Assembly (NCBI RefSeq): GCF_001548275.1
Contig: NZ_AP014945.1
Location: 930,001 to 962,000, forward strand
Direction of reading: 5' to 3'
DNA length: 32,000 nt
From: Caldimicrobium thiodismutans
GTDB lineage: Bacteria; Desulfobacterota; Thermodesulfobacteria; Thermodesulfobacteriales; Thermodesulfobacteriaceae
Under the pieces are notes generated by a model. The model saw nothing but the letters and a program-made list of their open reading frames with translations, did not search any database and was not told where the DNA came from. Position 1 is the first letter of the stretch. Each line of letters begins with the position of its first letter. Positions 26,046 to 32,000 of this stretch are shown in pieces. The translations under genes were made by a program, and so were the position numbers.

Positions 26046-28276
26046 AAGGCCTGACCAAGAGAGATGCCTCCATCATTGGGCGGATAAGCCTCATTTCTCA
26101 GAACCTTAAACCCACCCTCACTTAAAAGTCTTATGGTCTCAGAAAGAAGGGGCCCATTCATAAAAACTCCCCCTGAGAGAGCAACCTTTTCTAATTCCAC
26201 CAATTGGGCTACCCTTAAAATAGCCTTAGCCACTCCCTTTATAAAAGCTGTTGCAACCACTTCTGGCGAATCTCTTAACTCAAGGGTTCTTCTAATTACC
26301 TCTTCCCAGTCAAGGTAAAAGGGCTTTTTAATTGAAATTTCAAAGACCTCATTTAAATGGGGCTTATAAAGGCTTTCAAGTCTCATAGGTGCTTCCCCAC
26401 TATAGGTGTTATAATAGCAGATTCCCAGAAGAGCTGAAATCCCATCAAAAAGCCTTCCCATGGAACTACATAAGGGTGAATTAATACCCCTTTTCCAGGC
26501 AGTATAAAGAAGGAAAAGCTCTCTTTCTTCAAAGTTCTTAAAAAGGGGAAGAGGAAGCTTTAAGGCTTCATCTCCAAAGATTTCAAAAAGAAGGGAGAGG
26601 GCTATTCTTCTTGTGTCTTTAACAGCAACTTCACCCCCAATTAAGCGAAAGGGTCTTAAAGAAAAAATTCTTTCAAAATCAGTCCCCTTTATTTTAAAGA
26701 ATTCTCCTCCCCAGATAGTTTTATCTAAACCATAGCCTGTCCCATCAAAGGAGATCCCCAAAACTTCTTCATGGGGCATCTTGCCTTTTTCTGCAAAGAC
26801 AGAATAAAGATGAGCCACATGGTGCTGAAGCTGGAGAAAAGTTATACCCTCCTTTTTAGCATATTGGTAAGCCCATCTTGTTGTCTCATACCTTGGATGA
26901 AGATCTGAAACTATTATTTCAGGCCTTACCCTGTAAAGATTGAGAAAATCATAGATACTTCTTTCAAAGTGGGAAAGACTCTTTAAATTTTTTATATCTC
27001 CAAGGTGCTGACTTGAAATAATTTTATTTTTAAAGGCAAGAGAAAAGGTATTCCTTTCCTGAGCCCCAACTGCCAAAATAACCCTTTTGATTCTGAAATC
27101 AAGCAAAAGTGGAAGAGGCACATACCCCCTTGCCCTTCTTATAAAAATATATAAATCACCTGCTCTTTTTCTAACGGAATCATCAAGACCCCGCCTAATG
27201 GGGCGATCATGAAGCAAAAAATAATCGGCAATGTTTGAAAGTTTTGATAGGGCCTCCTCATTCTCAAAAACAATGGGCTCGTCAGAAATGTTTCCAGAGG
27301 TGGCAATAACAGGAAAAGAAAGCTCTTTAATAAGTAGTTGATGAAGGGGTGTATAAGGAAGAAAAACCCCTAAGGTGTTTAAACCTTCATTGAGATTTTT
27401 AGGAAGAAGCCCTTTATCAGGAAGTAAAAGAATGGGAGCTTGAGGGGAAAGAAGAAGTTCTTTATCACTTTCTGAGAGTTCTACAAAATTTTCAAGTTGA
27501 GGGATATTACCAAACATTACTGCAAAGGGTTTTTTACTTCTTCTTTTATGAGTTCTTAAGGTTTCAATTATCTGGGGATCATCCGCTCGTGCCATGAGAT
27601 GAAAACCTGTAAGTCCTTTAATAGCAAGAATTTTTCCCTCTTTTAAATATTTACAGGCAAGTTTTAAGGCTTCCTCACCAGAGGCAATTTTTTGACCCGC
27701 TCCACTGTATAATTCAATACCTGGTCCACAAACCGGGCAGGCAATGGGCTCTGCATGAAATCTTCTATCCAAGGGATCCTCATATTCCCTTTTACAATCC
27801 CCACAGAGAGGAAAGCCCTTCATAGTGGTGTTTTCCCTTTCATAGGGAAGGTTCTCAATAATACTAAATCTTGGACCACAATTCACACAGCTTATAAAGG
27901 GATATCTATAACGCCTATCCTTTTTATCAAAAAGTTCAAAAAGACACTCATTACATATTCCCAGATCAGGAAGAATATCAAGCTCAATTTCGCCTCCCTT
28001 TTTAGCTTTAATCACTTCAAAATCTTTGAATCCCTCAATAGGCACTTCCTTAATTTCCAATCTATAAATTTTCGCATGGGGAGGCGCTTGCGCTTTAAGT
28101 CTTTTTATAAATTTTTGAAGATTTTCCTCTGAGCCCTCAATCTGTATCCTTACACCCTCTGAAGAATTTAAAACCCATCCTGTAAGCTTGCACTCCTTAG
28201 CAAGCCTGTAAACAAAGGGTCTAAAACCCACTCCCTGAACCACTCCGATGATTTTAATTTGAAAAGCCTTCTTCAT
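26021..28276 (-). CDS. hypF: Carbamoyltransferase HypF
   Basis: 751 aa. It has an acylphosphatase-like N-terminus (GVVQGVGFRPFVYRLA) and two CxxC-X18-CxxC zinc fingers (CNEC...CVNC; CGDC...CPVC), followed by YrdC-like and Kae1-like domains. Confidence 0.95.
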   Translation of the reverse strand: MKKAFQIKIIGVVQGVGFRPFVYRLAKECKLTGWVLNSSEGVRIQIEGSEENLQKFIKRLKAQAPPHAKIYRLEIKEVPIEGFKDFEVIKAKKGGEIELDILPDLGICNECLFELFDKKDRRYRYPFISCVNCGPRFSIIENLPYERENTTMKGFPLCGDCKREYEDPLDRRFHAEPIACPVCGPGIELYSGAGQKIASGEEALKLACKYLKEGKILAIKGLTGFHLMARADDPQIIETLRTHKRRSKKPFAVMFGNIPQLENFVELSESDKELLLSPQAPILLLPDKGLLPKNLNEGLNTLGVFLPYTPLHQLLIKELSFPVIATSGNISDEPIVFENEEALSKLSNIADYFLLHDRPIRRGLDDSVRKRAGDLYIFIRRARGYVPLPLLLDFRIKRVILAVGAQERNTFSLAFKNKIISSQHLGDIKNLKSLSHFERSIYDFLNLYRVRPEIIVSDLHPRYETTRWAYQYAKKEGITFLQLQHHVAHLYSVFAEKGKMPHEEVLGISFDGTGYGLDKTIWGGEFFKIKGTDFERIFSLRPFRLIGGEVAVKDTRRIALSLLFEIFGDEALKLPLPLFKNFEERELFLLYTAWKRGINSPLCSSMGRLFDGISALLGICYYNTYSGEAPMRLESLYKPHLNEVFEISIKKPFYLDWEEVIRRTLELRDSPEVVATAFIKGVAKAILRVAQLVELEKVALSGGVFMNGPLLSETIRLLSEGGFKVLRNEAYPPNDGGISLGQAFYGALLTL

Positions 28277-28616
28277 CTTCTATTTCAAGGGTTTTAAGAA
28301 TAAGATCCAGGCCACCTATAATTTTTACCTCAAAGGATCCACAAAAAGGACAAAGGGCCTTATTTTCTTGAGGTTCTCCCTCTCTTCCACAGGAAAAACA
28401 TCTAACTTTCAAAGGCTCCTCTTCAAAGATAATTTCTGCCCTATCAAGAGGAGTCCCCCTTTTAAAATTTTTGATTACCTCTTTTAAATACTCAAGATCA
28501 ATTCCTGAGAATTCTCCTATTAAAAGAACTGCCTTTGAAACTCTTGGATTTTTGAAGGGCTTAAGCTGGTCTTCAATGATTTTAAGTAAACTTAAAAAGA
28601 GGGAATATTCGTGCAT
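28254..28616 (-). CDS. hypA: Hydrogenase nickel incorporation protein HypA
   Basis: MHEYS N-terminus (Ni site) and zinc site CFSCG...CPFCG. The ATG overlaps the hypE stop (TGATG). Confidence 0.9.
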   Translation of the reverse strand: MHEYSLFLSLLKIIEDQLKPFKNPRVSKAVLLIGEFSGIDLEYLKEVIKNFKRGTPLDRAEIIFEEEPLKVRCFSCGREGEPQENKALCPFCGSFEVKIIGGLDLILKTLEIEDEEGFSN

Positions 28617-29623
28617 CAGCAAATACGAGGCAAAAATTCGCCCTCCATAAGTTCAAGGATTCTTCTTGTTCCATAAGGGGTTTCAAGATAAACCCGTGGG
28701 TATTCCCTTTTTTCAAGGACCTTTCCAATAATTTTTGATTTCCTCCCAAGGGGATGACTCCTTAGAATTTCAAGAGCTACATTTGCCTCTTTTTCAGGAA
28801 GAGAAATGAGAGCCCGACCCTCTGAAGGAAAATGATAGGGTTCAAATCCAAGGATCTCACAAAAGGCTCTAACCTGTGGCTTAACTGGTATTTCCTCTTC
28901 ATAGATTAAGATATCCACCTTGGAAGCCCTTGCCCATTCATAAAGAACCCCTGCAAGCCCACCTCGTGTTGGATCCCTTAAAGCATGAAGCTCAAGAGAA
29001 CTTGTGAAAAGAGGCTCAAGCATGGGAAAAAGGGAGGCACAATCACTCTCAAGATCCACTTCAAATTTAAAGCCCTCCCTTTCAGCAAGAATGCAAACCC
29101 CATGATCCCCAATAGAACCAGTGAGAATAATAACATCTCCAGGCTTTAGATTTCTTGCAGAAAGCCCTGGATAAATTATCTCGCCAAGTCCTGAAGTATT
29201 AATATAGATCCCATCTAAAGCACCCCTGGGAACCACTTTAGTATCCCCAGTAACAACAAGAACTTTATTTTCTGAAAGGGTTTCTTGCATGCTTTTAAGA
29301 ATTCTTTCAAGATCTCGCAAAGGAAAACCCTCTTCAATAATTAAACTTAAAGATAAAAACCTTGGCCTTGCTCCCATAACCGCAAGGTCATTTAGGGTTC
29401 CTATAATGGAAAGTTTCCCAATATCTCCCCCTTTGAAAAAAAGGGGTTTTACCGTAAAAGAATCTGTGGTAAAGGCAAGTTTAGAAGTAGAAACCTCAAG
29501 AAGAGTTGAATCTTCAAGGGAATTTAAAAGGTGATTCCCGAGATATTTTAAAATTATCTTTTCAAGGAACTTCTGGGTCTCCTCTCCACCTCCTGAAATA
29601 CTAAGAAGAACCTCTTCAGCCAT
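28616..29623 (-). CDS. hypE: Hydrogenase expression/formation protein HypE
   Basis: 335 aa with a PurM-like fold sequence and the diagnostic C-terminal PRIC motif. Confidence 0.93.
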   Translation of the reverse strand: MAEEVLLSISGGGEETQKFLEKIILKYLGNHLLNSLEDSTLLEVSTSKLAFTTDSFTVKPLFFKGGDIGKLSIIGTLNDLAVMGARPRFLSLSLIIEEGFPLRDLERILKSMQETLSENKVLVVTGDTKVVPRGALDGIYINTSGLGEIIYPGLSARNLKPGDVIILTGSIGDHGVCILAEREGFKFEVDLESDCASLFPMLEPLFTSSLELHALRDPTRGGLAGVLYEWARASKVDILIYEEEIPVKPQVRAFCEILGFEPYHFPSEGRALISLPEKEANVALEILRSHPLGRKSKIIGKVLEKREYPRVYLETPYGTRRILELMEGEFLPRIC

Positions 29624-29626
29624 GAA

Positions 29627-30037
29627 TTATAAAGTTTTTATTAGGTCTTCAACTTTTTGCTTAATAAGATCCCGAATTTTTCTTACCTCGGATAAAACCT
29701 CCTTACCTTCAAGTTTTGCGGGATCAGGAAAGGGCATATGAATTTTTTTCACCCCTGGTATGAAGGGACAAGTTTCTTCCGCCTGATCACAGAGGGTAAT
29801 AATTAAATCAAGTTCCTTTAAGGGAATCTCTTCAAGCCCCTTTGGGCGATTTTCTGAAAGGTCAAAGCCCTCCTCTTTCATAACCTCAAGTACAAAAGGG
29901 TTTATCTCCTTTTCTGGATCTGCTCCTGCGGAAAAGACTTCAACCTCTTTCTTGTAAAGCCTTGCAAAGTGCTTAGCATAGACTTCAGCCATCTGACTTC
30001 TTGCAGAATTTCCCTTGCAGATAAAGGCAATCTTCAT
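29627..30037 (-). CDS. arsC: Arsenate reductase, thioredoxin-coupled LMW-PTP type (ArsC)
   Basis: P-loop CKGNSARS (Cys7) plus Cys83 and Cys90 (TLCDQAEETCP). This reproduces the Cys10/82/89-type triad spacing of pI258-family ArsC. Confidence 0.8.
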   Translation of the reverse strand: MKIAFICKGNSARSQMAEVYAKHFARLYKKEVEVFSAGADPEKEINPFVLEVMKEEGFDLSENRPKGLEEIPLKELDLIITLCDQAEETCPFIPGVKKIHMPFPDPAKLEGKEVLSEVRKIRDLIKQKVEDLIKTL

Positions 30038-30044
30038 ATCCCCA

Positions 30045-30073
30045 ATTATAACAAACCTTTATCTTATCCGCAA
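30045..30073 (-). promoter_or_regulatory. Candidate promoter TTGCGG-N17-TATAAT immediately upstream of arsC
   Basis: On the minus strand, TTGCGG is at 30073-30068 and TATAAT at 30050-30045. Only 7 nt (TGGGGAT) separate the -10 element from the arsC ATG. Confidence 0.45.
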
Positions 30074-30124
30074 TCTTCGGTATAAAGCTATATCTTTTAA
30101 AACCTAACTGAGATTTTTTCTGCC

Positions 30125-30185
30125 ATCTATTTTCTAAAATTTTTCCACCCTGCCTTTTTCTTCTAAGGATCTAAAAACTTAGGCA
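30125..30185 (+). repeat. Intergenic mosaic repeat, copy D (R module only)
   Basis: CCACCCTGCCTTTTTCTTCTAAGGATCTAAAAACTTAGGCA aligns with copy A (CCCCACTTTTTCTTGTAAGGATCTGAACTTATACA) and with copies B and C. Confidence 0.6.
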
Positions 30186-30203
30186 CTAAAACACAGGATA
30201 AGC

Positions 30204-31550
30204 TTAAAATTTCTTTCTCTCCTCAAGAATCTTTTTTACTTCTTCTCTTACCTTTTTGGGAAAGTGGGGATACCTGTCATTAAAGGATTTTAGCTGCACC
30301 TTTGGGGAATCCTCTGGTTTGAGACCAAGCCTCTTCTTTAAAACATCAACAGGAATATCAAACATGACTGAGACATCTTCAAGGGTCATCCATCCTGCAA
30401 TATCCTCAGGACTTGGTGCCTTCTTTCGAGCCTCTACAGTTTGTATTTGAAGCTCCTTCACTTTATGCCTTACATCCTCCTCTTTAATACCATATTTATC
30501 AAGCTTTCTAATCTGCATGTCAAGCGCCTCTTCAGGAATTGAAAACTTAACAGTAAGCTGTTTTTCAGGGATATGAAATATCCTTGCCACATCCCTTAAA
30601 GTCATCCATCCCCTGATCTCATCAGGAGATGCAATTTTAAAGGCAACCTCTGCTGGTGCCTTGCTTTTCCAGAAACCTGATGCCATTGATATACCTATGG
30701 TTCCAAGGAATAAAATCAGGATTACAACAGGCAGGACATAGCGGGTAGATGGTAAAAACTTGGGTGTTTGAAGGATTAAGGATTCATATTTACAAACTTC
30801 TACACATTCAAGACATTTTATGCAGTGTGTCTCTGGCACTCTTTCAACTTTTTCTATCTGTATGGCCATCTGACATACTCTCTTGCATGCTCCGCATTCA
30901 ACGCATGTGTCTGCTTTTCTAATAATTTTAAACCGGCTCATCCAGTTGAAGAAGGAAAGGAATGCACCCAGCGGGCAAAAATACCTGCACCAGGCCCTGC
31001 GAAGAAAAAGTGATATCGGAATGAGCAACAGTAAAATCACTAACCCAACTGTAAGCTCTTCAAATTTGAAGTGAAACAAAGCAAAAAATGGATCATAATC
31101 CTCAAAAACAAGCTTACCGGTTTTATAGGTAAAGAGTAATATCACAGCAAGAACAAGGTATTTCATATACCTAAGGGCTCTATCAAGACCCTTAGGTAAT
31201 TCATAGGTCTTTTTGAAAACTTTTTTACCCAGGCGATTAAGCCATTCCTGAAATGCGCCAAAAGGACATATCCAGCCACAAAAGCCAGCACCTGTAACCC
31301 CAGCAAGCAAGACCACAGCTCCAAGCAGGATAAAGTTTGAGTAATAGAGTTTTCTCAAAAACTCGCCAGATGTAAAATATAAGTATGCTGTTTCAAGCCC
31401 TCCAAAGGGGCAGTAGGCATGAATACTGGGAGAGCCTGCTGGGCCTCCTCCCACTACTTGATGGCGGATACCGTAGAAAACAAGAAGTATAAAAAATATA
31501 AAAAGGATTGTATACCGCAATCTCCTGAGCGTGCCTTTTTTCTTTCTCAT
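30204..31550 (-). CDS. Membrane polyferredoxin (NapH/MauN-like 4Fe-4S protein) with a duplicated C-terminal domain
   Basis: Multiple TM helices with CPFG/CxxxCP motifs (AYCPFGGLE, CGWICPFGAF, CRYFCPLGAF). Two ferredoxin motifs are present (CVECGACKRVC, CIKCLECVEVC). After a further TM helix come two homologous segments of about 65-70 aa. Confidence 0.75.
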   Translation of the reverse strand: MRKKKGTLRRLRYTILFIFFILLVFYGIRHQVVGGGPAGSPSIHAYCPFGGLETAYLYFTSGEFLRKLYYSNFILLGAVVLLAGVTGAGFCGWICPFGAFQEWLNRLGKKVFKKTYELPKGLDRALRYMKYLVLAVILLFTYKTGKLVFEDYDPFFALFHFKFEELTVGLVILLLLIPISLFLRRAWCRYFCPLGAFLSFFNWMSRFKIIRKADTCVECGACKRVCQMAIQIEKVERVPETHCIKCLECVEVCKYESLILQTPKFLPSTRYVLPVVILILFLGTIGISMASGFWKSKAPAEVAFKIASPDEIRGWMTLRDVARIFHIPEKQLTVKFSIPEEALDMQIRKLDKYGIKEEDVRHKVKELQIQTVEARKKAPSPEDIAGWMTLEDVSVMFDIPVDVLKKRLGLKPEDSPKVQLKSFNDRYPHFPKKVREEVKKILEERKKF

Positions 31551-31882
31551 CCCCGGTCCTCCCCCTATTTCATTTGCATGGATAAAGGCATCTTGAACCC
31601 TTAATTAAAGGACCTTATTGGCCCGCTAAATCTAATCTCTTTCTTCACTTTTTAATCTCCCTGGATTTTTTTACATTTATCAAATTATATGCCTGAACTA
31701 ATACCCTGGTAGATCAAGTCTTTTCTGAGCTTTAAAAGAAGACTAAGCCTAAATTTTGCAATTTTTACAAAATAAAAAACAAGTCCTTTGCAAATTTTGC
31801 AAAGAGATAAAGGTGAATTGGAAGATTTATACTCCTTGCTGGGAAAAGAAGGAAAAGGGGAAAGTCAAAGAGGTTTTGATTT

Positions 31883-31999
31883 TTAAGGCCTTATATACAT
31901 GAAGCCTTCCTTTTGCCAGTCCACAAGGGCACGGATACCGGAGGCAATAACCTCTGCAGGAGGAGGAACTAAGTCCGTTGAGAGCCCAAAGGTTTTAAA
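31883..31999 (-). CDS. Possible 3' end of an unidentified gene running off the window edge
   Basis: This is an open frame on the minus strand from the window edge to TAA (31885-31883), translating to FKTFGLSTDLVPPPAEVIASGIRALVDWQKEGFMYIRP. It is protein-like in composition but too short to identify. Confidence 0.3.
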   Translation of the reverse strand, partial: FKTFGLSTDLVPPPAEVIASGIRALVDWQKEGFMYIRP

Positions 32000-32000
32000 G

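Noticed and set aside
31551-31690. A roughly 130-nt 5' leader of the polyferredoxin gene as a riboswitch.
   Set aside because: I found no recognizable conserved riboswitch core, and no convincing stem pairing or terminator/antiterminator alternative.
31845-31875. 13-nt match TTTGACTTTCCCC (minus strand) to the sequence just after the R module of copy B (25485-25497).
   Set aside because: This is a single short match in pyrimidine-rich sequence with no flanking homology. It could be chance, or just a shared TTGACT -35 element.

Overview
This is an AT-rich, tightly packed bacterial chromosomal segment. Protein composition (K/E/I/L/F-rich) and gene content (hyp genes, polyferredoxin, B12 radical-SAM) suggest a thermophilic anaerobe, possibly Thermodesulfobacteria- or Aquificae-like; that is inference only. 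I support 31 protein genes, one edge fragment and one tRNA. From left to right they are: the hslU 3' end, an MFS transporter, minus-strand rimO, panD, panC and an L,D-transpeptidase gene, and a complete Pho locus (pstSCAB, a PhoU fusion, a PhoB/PhoR-like two-component system). Next is a seven-gene minus-strand array (carD, PIN/TRAM, mutL, miaA, yicC, ubiA-like, parA). Then come mdh preceded by a repeat-containing coiled-coil/nuclease-like gene, purB, a NUDIX gene, a B12 radical-SAM gene, tRNA-Glu(CUC), hydrogenase maturation genes (a lone protease gene; arsC-hypE-hypA-hypF) and a membrane polyferredoxin. I saw no CRISPR array, rRNA, transposase or integrase. Five things are not explained by ordinary annotation. 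(1) A mosaic family of noncoding repeats fills most of the large intergenic gaps: 5344-5530, 19603-19826, 25141-25490, 30125-30185 and perhaps 10693-10725. It carries conserved perfect palindromes and roughly 26-bp phased ACAG motifs. (2) An inverted-repeat-bounded mini-locus lies upstream of carD, with two small coupled ORFs and a terminator-like hairpin. (3) A coiled-coil protein with near-identical 42-bp tandem repeats and a PD-(D/E)xK-like C-terminus sits directly upstream of mdh. (4) PhoU is fused to a DUF47-like domain. (5) The polyferredoxin has a duplicated C-terminal domain of about 65 aa that I cannot name. Functional interpretations of these five are hypotheses. No database search or structure computation was possible.
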